Shown in pieces: positions 48,998-60,083 of a DNA stretch of 64,000 nt (position 1 is the first letter of the stretch; each line of letters starts with the position of its first letter). The notes below the pieces were generated by a model, which made no database searches, was not told the origin of the DNA, and saw only the letters and a program-made list of their open reading frames with translations. The stretch comes from Flavobacteriales bacterium (GTDB lineage: Bacteria > Bacteroidota > Bacteroidia > Flavobacteriales_F > PHOS-HE28). Made by a program: the position numbers and the translations under genes. The stretch spans positions 622 through 64,621 of the forward strand of contig JACJZI010000014.1 of assembly GCA_020635655.1 (NCBI GenBank), in the 5' to 3' direction.

Positions 48998-50221
48998 ATG
49001 GAACGCCCATTGGACCCCATCGCGGACGCCATCGCCGACATACGCGCCGGAAAGGCCGTGATCGTGGTGGACGACGAAGACCGCGAGAACGAGGGTGACC
49101 TCGTCACCGCCGCCAGGAACGCCACACCCGAAATGATCAATTTCATGGCCAAGCACGGTCGCGGATTGATCTGTGCGCCGCTCACGGAGGAGCGTTGCGA
49201 CGCGCTCGGGCTCGAACTGATGGTGAGCGACAACACGGCCCTCCATGAAACGCCCTTCACCGTAAGCGTCGATGTCAAGGGGCGCGGTACGACCACCGGC
49301 ATCTCCGCTGGCGACCGGGCACGCACCATCGAAGCCCTCATCGACCCGAGCACCCGGCCCGATGACCTGGCACGACCGGGCCACATCTTCCCGCTCAAGT
49401 CCAGGAAGGGTGGCGTGCTCCGACGCACGGGGCACACCGAGGCGGCCGTGGACCTGGCCCGACTGGCGGGCATGGAACCGGCGGGCGTGATCGTGGAGAT
49501 CATGAACGACGATGGCACCATGGCCCGCCTGCCCCAGTTGCGTGCGATGGCCGATCGATTCGGGCTCAAGCTGATCTCCATCGCGGACCTCGTGGCCTAC
49601 CGCATGAACAAGGAGAGCCTGATCGAACGGCAGGTGAGCGTGAAGCTTCCGACCGAATTCGGGGACTTCCAGCTGATCGCGTACCAACAAACCACCACCG
49701 GTGAGGAACATCTGGCCCTCGTAAAAGGCGAATGGGCTCCCGACGAACCGGTGCTCGTCCGTGTACATTCCTCCTGCGTCACGGGCGACATCTTCGGCAG
49801 TCACCGTTGTGATTGCGGACCGCAGCTCCATGCGGCCATGCGCCAGATCGAGGCGGAGGGCCGCGGGGTGGTGGTGTACATGCAGCAGGAAGGACGTGGG
49901 ATCGGTCTGGTGAACAAGCTCAAGGCCTACAAGTTGCAGGAAGAGGGTCATGACACGGTGGAGGCCAACCTGATGCTCGGCTTCGACATGGACGCCAGGG
50001 ACTATGGTGTGGGTGCGCAGATCCTGCACGATCTCGGCGTGCGGCGCATGCGGCTATTGACCAACAATCCCCGCAAACGGACGGGGCTGATCGGCTATGG
50101 TCTGGAGATCGTGGAGAACCTGCCCATCGAGGTGGAACCGAACGAACACAATGCGGACTACCTGCTGACGAAGAAGCTGAAGCTTGGCCATCATCTCAGC
50201 CTCCCCCGGAACGATCACTGA
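48998..50221 (+). CDS. ribBA: Bifunctional 3,4-dihydroxy-2-butanone-4-phosphate synthase / GTP cyclohydrolase II
   Basis: The RibB half carries [14 protein letters not shown] and [17 protein letters not shown]. The RibA half carries [24 protein letters not shown] and [13 protein letters not shown]. Confidence 0.95.
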   Translation: MERPLDPIADAIADIRAGKAVIVVDDEDRENEGDLVTAARNATPEMINFMAKHGRGLICAPLTEERCDALGLELMVSDNTALHETPFTVSVDVKGRGTTTGISAGDRARTIEALIDPSTRPDDLARPGHIFPLKSRKGGVLRRTGHTEAAVDLARLAGMEPAGVIVEIMNDDGTMARLPQLRAMADRFGLKLISIADLVAYRMNKESLIERQVSVKLPTEFGDFQLIAYQQTTTGEEHLALVKGEWAPDEPVLVRVHSSCVTGDIFGSHRCDCGPQLHAAMRQIEAEGRGVVVYMQQEGRGIGLVNKLKAYKLQEEGHDTVEANLMLGFDMDARDYGVGAQILHDLGVRRMRLLTNNPRKRTGLIGYGLEIVENLPIEVEPNEHNADYLLTKKLKLGHHLSLPRNDH

Positions 50222-53200
50222 TCGGCGCGCCTGTCCTTCCTGCCCTTGAAGATGTTCGTGATCCGGTGCCAGAGGTCGCGGGCATCGTCGAATTCCTCGC
50301 GATAAGTCAGGCCCGCACCCTGGGTGGTCGCGGCCTGGTCCACTTGGTTCAGGTTGCGGTCATTGCTCTGACTGAAGGCCTTCAGCCGCAATTTGCCGTC
50401 ATCGGTCAGGAGATACTCCAGGGAGAAGTCCCCCACCAGGGAATTGCTCTGGGCACTGGACCGTGTGCCGTACTGAACGCCGACGTTCGTGCTGAGCAAC
50501 AGACGTTCCTTGAAGAGTTGCGTGCTTACGGCCAGTTCCAACTCATCCTGTGTCAGCGCGTCGCCCGGCCGGTAGTTCACGCCCAGGTCCACATCGTTGC
50601 TCAACTGGCTCAACCAATTGCTCACCTGATTGCTGAGCAGTTCACTGCCGGTGGTACCCACCACATTGGACCCGGTGGAGGCGCTGGCGTCGCCCTGTCC
50701 GAAACGGTCGACGGGCAGGAAACGGTTGAGCACGATGAGCGCGAAGGCCTGGCGGTCCAGTTCGTCCTTGTCGCTGAGCAGGCTGTTCACCTGGGTCCGC
50801 GTGCCTTCATCCACGCTCGGCAGCCGGATGTCGAACCCGATGTCGGGGTTCTCCAGCCGATCGGTCAGGTGCATGAGCACTTCCACGGGCACCCGTTTCG
50901 TATAGGTGTCTGTGCGTTCGTCCGGGATGATGTCGTACAAGGGTGCCCGTAATCGGTAGACCGCATCCAGAGCAAGCTGGGCGTCGAAGGGATCACCGTA
51001 CCAGGTGATGTGCCCGCCCGGCTCCACATCGAATCGCTTGTTGACCACGTTGCGGAGCGTGAACAGGTACTGTCCGTCCGTCACCTCCATGTCCCCGCGC
51101 ATGCTGAACTCACCGCTCGGCGTGACCTCCATCTGGATGTTGCCCCTGCCGCTGCCGGAGAGGATGTCACCCACCGTGGGATCGAAGATGAGCTCGAAAC
51201 GGGCATCCGGGGTCACTTCCACGTTCATGTCCAGGTCGATACCCGAGAGGTCCACTTCGTTGTTGATGCTGTCCTGTCGGACATCACCCGCGTGGAACCG
51301 CACGAAGTCGATGCCGCTGACCTCGGTGCTGCTCCCCAGGGGCAGGCTGATCACCGTGCCTCTCTCCGCTTTGGCATCGAGGGCGATCTCCAGATTGTCC
51401 GCATACCCGCTCACCTGAAGGTCACCGGTGGCATACGCCCTCCCATAATAGAGCGAATTGTCCAGATCGGTCGTGTTCATGCAGAGGAAGTGGTCCATGG
51501 ACAGGGTCACATCGAAGTTCCAATCGCTGAACCCGTGGTGGATGATCGTCCCGATGGCGTCGGCCTCGTGACCCTCCTCATCGATCAGTTTCACAAAGTC
51601 GAGTGTGAACATGTCCGGCAGGATGCGCACCTCATGTGTGAAATGATAGAAGGTGTTGAGGTAGGCAATGCGCATGCCGGCATCCTGCATGAACGCTCGC
51701 CCATCGACCAGTGGCACGGCGAAGGTCCCACCGACATGGACCTTGCCGGTGACCTGCCCCTGAAGATCGCTGATGTCATCGGGCAGGTATGGATCGAGGA
51801 AGGCCAGGTCGAATTGATCGAGCACCAGTTCCAGATCGAGCTGCTTGTTGGGATCACCGGGAGCGATGCTGCCGCTGAAATCCAGTGCCCTGAGCGTATC
51901 GCGCAGCAATTTTCCGCTCACTTCCATCTGTTGGACCCGCTTGTCCCATTGTGCGGAGAACTGCAGGTCGCCCACCGGTCGATCCTCTATGGCCAGGCTG
52001 TCCAGGCAGAGATAGCTGAAGAAGTGGGGCGTGCCCAATGCATCGAACAACCTGCCATCGCCGCTCAGGATCCCGTGCGTCGTGGGGCCCGAATAGAAGG
52101 GACGCGCGTTCTCCAACCGGAGGTCCTGGAACTCGAAAGCGATCGCCTCGTGCGGATCACGCCCGAGCACGCCGTCCAGGCGCACATGTTGATCCCCATC
52201 GATCAATTCCAGGCCCTGGATGTGCAGTGCATTGCTGTCCAGGGTCAGTGTCGCCACTGCCGGGTTGTGCCAGGTGCCCCGTCCGAAGTACAACTCCGAT
52301 GGCAAAAGGTCCAGCGAGACCTTGCCAGGACCCAGGACCTGTCCCTGCAGGTCGATATTGCCGCTGGTATTGTTCGTGCTTCCGGCCCATCCCATGCTGA
52401 GCTCGAGTTCATCCTGATACGCCTTCCCGGTGATGTCGATCCCTGTGATGAACGTGCTGTCCGCAAGTTGTTGCCGCCGACTTCGGAAGGACAGCGCCAA
52501 CACATCAAGGGTCTTGTCGAGGATCACCTGCACGGAATCGCTGCCCAGACCCGCGTAGCTGATGAACGGGAGATCGGCCGTTAGTCCGACATCGAACGTG
52601 CGGCTGTCGAAGCGACCTTCGATCCGCGCTCCCGGGTCGAGCCGCAACTGGGGAACGGCCAGATGCAGGGCCGCGGACAGTTCCTTCACGCGTATTTCGA
52701 AGTTGAAATGCTGCTCGTCCAGGGCATAGTCGACCTGGTCGCTCATCGAGGGGAACACACTGTAGAATACGCTGGTGATCGCCCGAGGCAGCCGGGTGGG
52801 CAGGAACTCGCCCCGAACATCGACATCCGCCATGTCCGACCGCAGCTGGAGGATCGGCTCACCCGCCTCCCTGCCACTGACCAATGAGAGGTCCCCGAAG
52901 CGATAGGTACTGTCCGCGTCGCAGTATTCCAGTCCCAGGACCTGCAAAGTGCCCTTCAGACTGTCCGGGGCCAGCTCGCCATCGGCCTGAAGACCGAAGG
53001 AGACCTCGCCCAAATGCAGGTCGGGCAGCATCTTCAGTTCATACAGATCCGCGTGATCGACCCGGGCCTTGAAATCCACCTTGGGCCATTTGCCGCGCAG
53101 GTCCGCCAGCCCATCGAACACCAGCTGGACGTTCGGGTCGTCGCACTCCAGATGACCATTGAAGAGCCTGCGTTCCAGGCGGCCGTTCAATCGGATCCCC

Positions 53201-54621
53201 GAGATCACGTGCTCGTTGACGGTCAGTTTGGGCACTACCCCCTCGAGGTCCGCCCGCATCGAGGCCAGATCGTTGCCCTTGGCATGAACGCGCAGGTCGC
53301 AGGCGATCGGGCCAATGGTCCTGTCGTGCATCACGGGGCCCGGATCGAAATCGTCGGTGACCAGCTTGCCGTCCAGATCGAACACACGGCTCACGGTATC
53401 GCGTTCGAAGCTGATGTCCGCCCGCAGGACCCCAAGCTCGGTGCTCGCCCGCCCGAATGCGGTGAAGCTGTTGATGAAACCGGTGAAGTTGCCGCGGAAA
53501 ACGATGGGGCCCAGCGACCGCAGTTCCTCAGGGATGTGCAGATGTTGGCCTTCCGTGAACGGAACAGCCGGCAGTGAGGCGAGGTCGGCGTGGTCCGTGG
53601 TGAGCTGTTCGACATCAAGAATGATGAACGTGTTCGCGATGGTCGGCAGGCCGTTCATCTCGACCGACCCGGAGAAGTGTGTCCCGGCCCCGTAAGAGAT
53701 GTCCACGTGGCGCCCCTTGAGGTCGGCGACCGTGCCACGGTAGTCGCCGCTTGCCTGGATCGTGGTCCCCAACCCCTGCAGTGGTGGTGCGAAGAAGGCG
53801 ATATCCCTGGCCCCCACCCGGGACGAATCCAACGCCAACTCGAATCCGACAGCGTCCGTGAACCGGCCGTAGTCGGACCAGTTGGTGGTGTGGAAGGCGA
53901 GATCGCCGCGGACCGCACTGTTCGGCGTCACCAATTGAAGCCCGTTCACGACGATACCGGACCCACTAACCGAGGCCTGGCCGTCGAGATGGTCCAGCTC
54001 GAGCCCGCTGCGTTCCTTGAACGCCACATGGTCCAGGTCCGCCAGCACCGAATCGGCGATCAGAACGAGTTCACGTCCCCGTATGTCGGCGTCATGCACG
54101 TCCACATGGTCGAAGTCGACCCCGAAAGGGATCGGGGCCGCCTGGTGGTCATCGTAGGTGAAGTGGAAGCGCTGGATGTCGAAGCTGCGGCATTGGACCA
54201 CCCAGAGCTCACCCGACGTCGTGGTATCCCCACTGCCCAAGGCGTCGATCCATTCGGTCAGATTGCTATGTGCCGCGCCCTGGGCCCTGTCCAACCGGAA
54301 ACGGGCATCACGCAGGTACAATGCACCGACCGACACGTGATGGGAACGCGGATGCACCCGCCATCGGTCCACTTTCAATCGGCCCGCAGCGAAGAGGGTA
54401 TCCCCTTCCAGGTCCGATACCAACAAGCCGTCGAAACGACTTGGACCGAACAACCCGATGCGCAATCGGTCCACCTGGATGCGGAACCCCATTCGTTCGT
54501 TCAGACCGCTGAGCACCTGATGTGCGATCCAGGTCTGGACCGTGGCGGACGGCAACAGGAACAGGAGAACGAGCACGAAGGTCACAACGGCCAGCAAAGA
54601 CCAGGCGGTCCAGCGCAGCAA
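50215..54621 (-). CDS. tamB: Translocation and assembly module protein TamB-like (DUF490 family)
   Basis: 1468 aa. The N-terminal anchor is [17 protein letters not shown]. The body is long and beta-rich. The C-terminal region (…[36 protein letters not shown]…[10 protein letters not shown]) matches the DUF490 pattern. It is divergent from tsaD, as is common in Bacteroidota. Confidence 0.82.
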   Translation of the reverse strand: MLRWTAWSLLAVVTFVLVLLFLLPSATVQTWIAHQVLSGLNERMGFRIQVDRLRIGLFGPSRFDGLLVSDLEGDTLFAAGRLKVDRWRVHPRSHHVSVGALYLRDARFRLDRAQGAAHSNLTEWIDALGSGDTTTSGELWVVQCRSFDIQRFHFTYDDHQAAPIPFGVDFDHVDVHDADIRGRELVLIADSVLADLDHVAFKERSGLELDHLDGQASVSGSGIVVNGLQLVTPNSAVRGDLAFHTTNWSDYGRFTDAVGFELALDSSRVGARDIAFFAPPLQGLGTTIQASGDYRGTVADLKGRHVDISYGAGTHFSGSVEMNGLPTIANTFIILDVEQLTTDHADLASLPAVPFTEGQHLHIPEELRSLGPIVFRGNFTGFINSFTAFGRASTELGVLRADISFERDTVSRVFDLDGKLVTDDFDPGPVMHDRTIGPIACDLRVHAKGNDLASMRADLEGVVPKLTVNEHVISGIRLNGRLERRLFNGHLECDDPNVQLVFDGLADLRGKWPKVDFKARVDHADLYELKMLPDLHLGEVSFGLQADGELAPDSLKGTLQVLGLEYCDADSTYRFGDLSLVSGREAGEPILQLRSDMADVDVRGEFLPTRLPRAITSVFYSVFPSMSDQVDYALDEQHFNFEIRVKELSAALHLAVPQLRLDPGARIEGRFDSRTFDVGLTADLPFISYAGLGSDSVQVILDKTLDVLALSFRSRRQQLADSTFITGIDITGKAYQDELELSMGWAGSTNNTSGNIDLQGQVLGPGKVSLDLLPSELYFGRGTWHNPAVATLTLDSNALHIQGLELIDGDQHVRLDGVLGRDPHEAIAFEFQDLRLENARPFYSGPTTHGILSGDGRLFDALGTPHFFSYLCLDSLAIEDRPVGDLQFSAQWDKRVQQMEVSGKLLRDTLRALDFSGSIAPGDPNKQLDLELVLDQFDLAFLDPYLPDDISDLQGQVTGKVHVGGTFAVPLVDGRAFMQDAGMRIAYLNTFYHFTHEVRILPDMFTLDFVKLIDEEGHEADAIGTIIHHGFSDWNFDVTLSMDHFLCMNTTDLDNSLYYGRAYATGDLQVSGYADNLEIALDAKAERGTVISLPLGSSTEVSGIDFVRFHAGDVRQDSINNEVDLSGIDLDMNVEVTPDARFELIFDPTVGDILSGSGRGNIQMEVTPSGEFSMRGDMEVTDGQYLFTLRNVVNKRFDVEPGGHITWYGDPFDAQLALDAVYRLRAPLYDIIPDERTDTYTKRVPVEVLMHLTDRLENPDIGFDIRLPSVDEGTRTQVNSLLSDKDELDRQAFALIVLNRFLPVDRFGQGDASASTGSNVVGTTGSELLSNQVSNWLSQLSNDVDLGVNYRPGDALTQDELELAVSTQLFKERLLLSTNVGVQYGTRSSAQSNSLVGDFSLEYLLTDDGKLRLKAFSQSNDRNLNQVDQAATTQGAGLTYREEFDDARDLWHRITNIFKGRKDRRADQ

Positions 54622-54665
54622 GCGCTTTGTCCATCGTGCGATCCGTCGGCTGGCCAGCGTGAACG

Positions 54666-54673
54666 TAGTTTTG
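54666..54673 (+). promoter_or_regulatory. Bacteroidota-type -7 box TAgtTTTG upstream of tsaD
   Basis: Exact TAnnTTTG match, 29 nt upstream of ATG 54702, in the tamB/tsaD divergent spacer. Confidence 0.4.
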
Positions 54674-54701
54674 CCGGCTGTTCCGCAACAACCAGGCCCG
54701 G

Positions 54702-55748
54702 ATGGCGAAATTAGCGGCTGCCCCCAAGCCCCGGTCAGGAGCCGAGATCATCCTGGGCATCGAGAGCTCCTGCGATGATACGGCCGCGGCCGTGCTCATC
54801 GATGGCGTCGTGCGTTCCAACGTCGTGGCCGGCCAGGAGGTGCATCGGCAATGGGGTGGCGTGGTGCCCGAACTGGCCAGTCGCGCCCACCAACAGAACC
54901 TTGTTCCCGTCGTGCACGAAGCCCTTCGCCGAGCGGGGATCGGCCCACGGGAGATCACCGCAGTGGCTTTCACCCAGGGGCCCGGTCTCATCGGCGCGTT
55001 GCTCGTTGGTGCATGTTTCGCCCGGTCAATGGCACAGGCATTGGGCGTTCCGTTGATCGCCGTGGACCATCTGCAGGCCCATGTGCTGGCCCATTTCATC
55101 CCAGGTCAGGGCGCCATCCCGGAACTGCCGTTCATCAACCTGACCGTGAGCGGTGGCCATACACGGATCGTCCACGTGCGTTCGCCCCTGGACATGGAGG
55201 TGATCGGGACCACGCTCGACGATGCGGCGGGCGAGGCCTTCGACAAAGGGGCCAAACTGCTGGGCCTCGCCTATCCCGGGGGGCCATTGATCGACCAGTG
55301 GGCGCGTCGGGGTGACCCGCAACGTTTCCGGCTTCCCCTGCCACAGGTGGATGGTCTGAACATGAGCTTCAGCGGCGTGAAAACAGCCTTCCGTGACCTG
55401 GTACGTCACACCATGGAGAAGGACCCTGCGCCTTCCGAACAGACCCGAGCGGACCTGGCCGCCACCTTGCAGCGAACGATCATAGAAGTGCTTGTGGAGA
55501 AGCTCATCGCCGCCGTGGACCGCGTCGGATGCGACCGGATCGGTGTATCCGGGGGGGTCTCGGTGAACTCCGGCCTCCGGGACCGGCTGCAAGGCGAAGG
55601 CAGGGCACGACACTGGACGGTGCACTTTCCCCATCCCGAATACTGCACGGACAATGCCGCGATGATCGCCATGGCCGGCCGTTCCCTTTTGCATGCCGGC
55701 ATCGTGGCCTCGTTGGACGTGGTGCCGCACGCACGTCCGCCGAAGTAG
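54702..55748 (+). CDS. tsaD: tRNA N6-adenosine threonylcarbamoyltransferase
   Basis: Matching regions are ILGIESSCDDTAAAV, HRQWGGVVPELASRAH, TVSGGHT, DEVIGTT-like LDDAAGEAFDKGAKLLGL and VSGGVSVNS. Confidence 0.95.
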   Translation: MAKLAAAPKPRSGAEIILGIESSCDDTAAAVLIDGVVRSNVVAGQEVHRQWGGVVPELASRAHQQNLVPVVHEALRRAGIGPREITAVAFTQGPGLIGALLVGACFARSMAQALGVPLIAVDHLQAHVLAHFIPGQGAIPELPFINLTVSGGHTRIVHVRSPLDMEVIGTTLDDAAGEAFDKGAKLLGLAYPGGPLIDQWARRGDPQRFRLPLPQVDGLNMSFSGVKTAFRDLVRHTMEKDPAPSEQTRADLAATLQRTIIEVLVEKLIAAVDRVGCDRIGVSGGVSVNSGLRDRLQGEGRARHWTVHFPHPEYCTDNAAMIAMAGRSLLHAGIVASLDVVPHARPPK

Positions 55749-55791
55749 GCCCAGCGATGCACCTCGCCCCCTTCCACCTACCTTTGGCGCC

Positions 55792-56736
55792 ATGCGGATG
55801 ATCCCGTGGCCCATCCTGTGCGCCAGCCTTATGAGCACGATCCCTGGAAGGTCTCAGGACGTGAACGGACTTCTTGCACAGGGGGATAGCTTGATGCGCT
55901 CGGGACATTATCAAAAGGCGCTGTCGAGCTTCAACGATGCCGTGGAACACGCGCCCAATGCCACCACGTATTCGGCCAGGGCCAGGGCCTACTTCGCCAT
56001 GGACCGGATCGACCGTTTCGCGGAGGATGTGCAACGCGCCCTCTCGCTCGACAGCACCCATGCGGAAGCCAACTACCAGCGGGCCCTGTACGCATATCAG
56101 GGTGAGGATCTCCGCGCCGCGGAACGCTACAGTTCAAGGGGGCTCGGTTACGTGAAGGACGAGGCCCTGCACAACCAGCTGCTCCTGCTGCGTGGTCAGG
56201 CCCGGGCTGAGCTGCACGAGGACCTGAAGGCGGTGGACGATCTGCGCGAAGGTCTGAAGGACCGCCCGGACGACATCGAGGCGAACGCCACACTGGCGCG
56301 CGTCCTGGATGCCCTCCACGACCACGAGGATGCCCTTGTCGTGCTTGCCCATCTCTGTGAGCTGGAGCCGGACAACGTGGGCCATTGGACGAACAGGGGG
56401 TTCGAGCTCGCATCCCTGGACCGCCATGAAGAGGCCCTTGCGATGTATGCCAAGGCCCTGGAGATCGACAAGGACGAACCCGTGGCGCTGAGCGACCGCG
56501 CCTATTCCCTCATGGAATTGGGACGCAACGACGAGGCCATGAAGGAAGTGGAGAAGAGCCTGCGCTTCTATCCGGCCAACGCCTTTGCGCTCCGCACGCG
56601 GGCCTTGCTCCGCATGCGGAAAGGGGATCGGGAAAAGGCCTGCTCCGACCTGTCCCTTGCCCGCATCCTGGGCGGGGTGGACGACATCGACGCCCTCATC
56701 CAGGAGCACTGCGGCAACCTGCCGCAGGAACGTTGA
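55792..56736 (+). CDS. Secreted tetratricopeptide (TPR) repeat protein
   Basis: The start MRMIPWPILCASLMSTIPGRSQD is signal-like. About seven TPR-like helical pairs follow (HYQKALSSFNDAVEHAPN, YQRALYAYQGEDLRAAERY, HEEALAMYAKALEIDKDEP, NDEAMKEVEKSLRFYPANA). Confidence 0.75.
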   Translation: MRMIPWPILCASLMSTIPGRSQDVNGLLAQGDSLMRSGHYQKALSSFNDAVEHAPNATTYSARARAYFAMDRIDRFAEDVQRALSLDSTHAEANYQRALYAYQGEDLRAAERYSSRGLGYVKDEALHNQLLLLRGQARAELHEDLKAVDDLREGLKDRPDDIEANATLARVLDALHDHEDALVVLAHLCELEPDNVGHWTNRGFELASLDRHEEALAMYAKALEIDKDEPVALSDRAYSLMELGRNDEAMKEVEKSLRFYPANAFALRTRALLRMRKGDREKACSDLSLARILGGVDDIDALIQEHCGNLPQER

Positions 56737-56740
56737 AGGA

Positions 56741-59110
56741 TCAACGGATCACGAAGGGAAGGATCCGGTCCCTCCCCGCATCACCGTCCAGCCTGAGGAA
56801 ATACGTGCCTGCCGCCAGACCTGTCCGCAACCGCAGGGTGGTCTGTCCGTTCATCTCCTGGGAAAGGACCATCCTTCCTGTTGGTCCGTAGATCTCCAGG
56901 GCACCATGAAGAGGCACCTGGGACCGCACCTCGAACGTGCCGTCGTTGGGTACGGGCACGACCATCGGGTACTGTGCGGGCCGGTCAACCTCATTGACCT
57001 GGACCGGGCTGCCGGTCAATTCCAGATCGTCCAGCCCCGCCTCCACCACATGGCCGGGCGGAACATCGGCGGCCTCGGCGATCAGTCGCATCGTGGCCGT
57101 CGGTGCCAGGTGGTCGATCACATGCACCGACATGCTTTGCCAACTGGAAGCGCCGGGCGTGTTCGGACCCACGTCGTCCACGAGCACCGTGTCGATGCCG
57201 TTGGTCAGATAGATATGCAGATAGTCGTTCGGTGATCCGTTCCCACCATCGTTCATGAACCAACGCTGATACACCACGGAGGGGTCGACCACGGTGGTCG
57301 CGTCGAAAACCGGCGAGATCAGCCGGGTAAGCCCGTCATCGATATCATCATCCCCGGCCTGACCACCACCGTTGCCGGTCACATAAGCTTCACCGCCACA
57401 ATCCCCCGTCACATCGGACGCGGGGTTGCTCGCCGTGTTCCCGAGGTAGGTCCCGATCGGCAAGTCACGTTCCCACGCCCCCGTGGTGGCCGTCGTCGTC
57501 ACCTGCCAGCCAAGATCGAACCGGAAGTCGTCCATGTAGCCTCGGTCCAAGGTGATGGTAAGCGGCAGGGTGTTCTGGTCGATGGTGGTCCCTGTTGAAC
57601 AATAGGTCCGCCAGCCCCATTGCCCGGCACTGATGGCGTACGTATCCGAGAACATGGCGGGCAATTGGAACATCCCGTCCGCGTCGGCCACCACCAACAG
57701 GTCATAGTCCGTGCTTTGCAATTCCACCTGCGCGAACGGCACCGGATCGTTGGTGACGCTTTCGACCACCTGACCGGACCAGGCGAACGCGGTGAGCGGA
57801 ACGAGCGCCACGTCCAATTGGGTCAGCTGTCCGTTCTGCAGGACGACCCCGGAGATCGTCTGGTCCTCATAACCCGGCGCGGTCACCAGCACGTCATAGG
57901 AGCCTGCTGCATTGTATCCCGTCGCATAATGACCGTTCAGGGCGCTTTGCACATCCACCTGCAGTCCCACGATGGAGACCTGTGCCTGGGCCACGGGGCT
58001 CGTGGTGACCTGGTCCGTTATGGTGCCCTCCAGCCAGCATGCATGGATGTATGTCGGTTGCATCACGTAGAGCCCGCCCTCGATGTCGGAGGAAATGATC
58101 AGACCGCTCGGCAGGTAGGGGTAAGTGCCCCATGCGCCATTGAAACCGTCACCGGATAGCGGCGAGTGGTCGTAGTGCGCCACCTCGACCACGTTCCCGG
58201 GACGGGTCGCGTCGTGCACCACTGTACCATAACGGTAGTAGCTGCTCACCAGGTAGCCGTTCAGATAGAACGTGTTGTGCGGGATGGTGCCCGACCCGGG
58301 GTCGCATTGGGTCTCGTCCAGTTCCTGGATATCGGTGGGATCACTGATGTCATAGCTGCCGATCTTGCCACCACTGACCTCGTCGGTCGTGAACACGTAA
58401 TGATCGTCATTGGAGGGCCAACAATTGTGCGTGAAATGATCAGCGGTGCTCTGCGTGCCCATCACCACCGGGTTCTGCTTGTCCGAGACATCGATCAACG
58501 AAAAGAAGCCCTCGTAAACATGTGAGGCATAGAGGGTGTCACCGCGAGCCATGCCATCATGGATATACCATGTATCGAAATCGCCGATCTCCACGGGGTT
58601 GTCCGGATCGGGGTTCAGGTCCAGGAATATGGCCCCACCATTGCCCCGGTTCGCACCGAAGATGTATGCGATCCCGTTCTCATCGATGTAGATGTCATGC
58701 GCGGACGTCCAGCCATTTCCCAGCCAATTGTGCGCAGGCAGGTTGGTGCTCTGCGGAAGTGGGCTCAGGTCGATGATCGCGAGCCCTCCTCCACCTTCCG
58801 TGGTCACATAGGCATGGTCGTTCCACACCTTCAGATCACGCCAGATGCTGCTGACACCCGGGTAGTAGAAGACCTCCTGGGGATCGGTCGGATCGGCCAG
58901 GCTCACCACGGAGACCCCGCCATCGTCCACCCCGACGAGCGCATATTCATTGCCGACCTGGTCCACATAGCCCCAGATATCGCTGACCTCGCTGCCATGC
59001 AGGGCCTGATAGTCGAGATGCCCGACCAGGGACATGTTGAGCTGCGCGTATGCATGCCGGCCCATGAGGACCAGCAGGGCCAGGACGATGGAACGCATGT
59101 ATCGGTTCAT
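56741..59110 (-). CDS. T9SS cargo: choice-of-anchor-B/LVIVD-like beta-propeller N-domain, CarboxypepD_reg-like domains, type A C-terminal sorting domain
   Basis: The start MNRYMRSIVLALLVLMGRHAYAQ is at 59110. The track ORF continues to 59920, but that part is antisense to the usp gene. The N-domain reads SDIWGYVDQVGNEYALVGVDDGGVSVVSLADPTDPQEV...HAYVTTEGGGGLAIIDLSP. The C-terminus is VVPVPNDGTFEVRSQVPLHGALEIYGPTGRMVLSQEMNGQTTLRLRTGLAAGTYFLRLDGDAGRDRILPFVIR. Confidence 0.8.
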   Translation of the reverse strand: MNRYMRSIVLALLVLMGRHAYAQLNMSLVGHLDYQALHGSEVSDIWGYVDQVGNEYALVGVDDGGVSVVSLADPTDPQEVFYYPGVSSIWRDLKVWNDHAYVTTEGGGGLAIIDLSPLPQSTNLPAHNWLGNGWTSAHDIYIDENGIAYIFGANRGNGGAIFLDLNPDPDNPVEIGDFDTWYIHDGMARGDTLYASHVYEGFFSLIDVSDKQNPVVMGTQSTADHFTHNCWPSNDDHYVFTTDEVSGGKIGSYDISDPTDIQELDETQCDPGSGTIPHNTFYLNGYLVSSYYRYGTVVHDATRPGNVVEVAHYDHSPLSGDGFNGAWGTYPYLPSGLIISSDIEGGLYVMQPTYIHACWLEGTITDQVTTSPVAQAQVSIVGLQVDVQSALNGHYATGYNAAGSYDVLVTAPGYEDQTISGVVLQNGQLTQLDVALVPLTAFAWSGQVVESVTNDPVPFAQVELQSTDYDLLVVADADGMFQLPAMFSDTYAISAGQWGWRTYCSTGTTIDQNTLPLTITLDRGYMDDFRFDLGWQVTTTATTGAWERDLPIGTYLGNTASNPASDVTGDCGGEAYVTGNGGGQAGDDDIDDGLTRLISPVFDATTVVDPSVVYQRWFMNDGGNGSPNDYLHIYLTNGIDTVLVDDVGPNTPGASSWQSMSVHVIDHLAPTATMRLIAEAADVPPGHVVEAGLDDLELTGSPVQVNEVDRPAQYPMVVPVPNDGTFEVRSQVPLHGALEIYGPTGRMVLSQEMNGQTTLRLRTGLAAGTYFLRLDGDAGRDRILPFVIR

Positions 59111-59260
59111 TGATCTTGGATCAGCACCCGGCAAGGTAGGGTGAACAACTTCGCTACCGGCGAAATGAAGGGGAACAATTGCCCCACTATGGGAACTGCA
59201 AGACCGATCCCAGCGGGTCCCGGCTTGGCGGAATGGCCTATTTTTCGCCCACTCCCTACC

Positions 59261-60049
59261 ATGAAGGACATCCTCTGCCCCACCGACCTGACAGAACTTG
59301 GCACCATTGCCCTCGACCATGCCGTGCAGGTCGCGGAAGGGTTCGAGGCTTCGATCACGCTCCTCCATGTTTCCGGGAAGAACGAACAGGACGGCGCGGC
59401 CGCAGAGCATGTGCGCAAGGTCCTCGATGCCGAAGTGGAACGCGTGAAGGGCCGGGCATCGGCCAAGTACTTGATCATCAACGGGCATGCATTGCCTGCG
59501 ATCGCGCATGAGGCCCAGCGGGACCATATGCTCATGGTCGCCGGGACACATGGCGCGCGCGGCCTTCGCCAGAACCTGTTCGGTGCGGATATCCTGGGGC
59601 TGGTGCGCCACGCCGGGATCCCCTCGCTCGTGGTGCAACACGGTGCCCCGGTGCGTCCCTTCGATCGCATCGTCATGCCCGTGACGGGACATACGGATAT
59701 TGGAATGATGCTGGACACCGTCATCGCGCTGGCCAGGGTCTGGAACGCCGAAGTGGAGGTCTACCAGTTGGTGCGACCCGGTGGATCGCCCAGCGAGCGG
59801 TTGATGGAGAACAAGGTCAGGATGCTCGACAGCCTCGCCGAGGCCGGCGTGCGTCATCAGGAGGTGAACGAGCCGCCCACGGTCTATTCGGTCGGATTCG
59901 CGCAACAGACCCTTCAACATGCCGCACAGGTCGGCGCAGGTCTCATCGCCATCATGGCCAAGGCGTCCGACGAGTACCGCTACATCGCCGATGCCGAAAA
60001 GGAACGGATGCTGACGAACGCGGCGCTGATCCCTGTGCTTTGCTGCTGA
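59261..60049 (+). CDS. Universal stress protein, tandem UspA domains
   Basis: Start MKDILCPTDLTELGTIALDHAVQVAEGFEASITLLHV. It continues MLMVAGTHGARGLRQNLFGADILGLVRHAGIPSLVV. A second Usp-like half ends GLIAIMAKASDEYRYIADAEKERMLTNAALIPVLC. Confidence 0.8.
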   Translation: MKDILCPTDLTELGTIALDHAVQVAEGFEASITLLHVSGKNEQDGAAAEHVRKVLDAEVERVKGRASAKYLIINGHALPAIAHEAQRDHMLMVAGTHGARGLRQNLFGADILGLVRHAGIPSLVVQHGAPVRPFDRIVMPVTGHTDIGMMLDTVIALARVWNAEVEVYQLVRPGGSPSERLMENKVRMLDSLAEAGVRHQEVNEPPTVYSVGFAQQTLQHAAQVGAGLIAIMAKASDEYRYIADAEKERMLTNAALIPVLCC

Positions 60050-60083
60050 TGGCTACGATCACCCGCCTTCCCCGCGGTGATGG

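Noticed and set aside
50215-50221. Overlapping convergent stop codons: ribBA/tamB share TCACTGA; the YqgE-like gene and the class IV aminotransferase overlap by 8 nt at 41476-41483; the hydrolase and PLD genes overlap by 22 nt at 5607-5628.
   Set aside because: Short convergent 3-prime overlaps are common in compact bacterial genomes. There is no additional structure or conservation that I can see to suggest function.
59111-59920. The upstream 270 codons of track ORF 56741-59920, which would make the LVIVD-like T9SS protein 1059 aa long.
   Set aside because: That part is antisense to a well-formed tandem-Usp gene (59261-60049). It has shadow-ORF composition and precedes an internal Met followed by a textbook signal peptide (MNRYMRSIVLALLVLMGRHAYAQ). 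The real start is taken as 59110.
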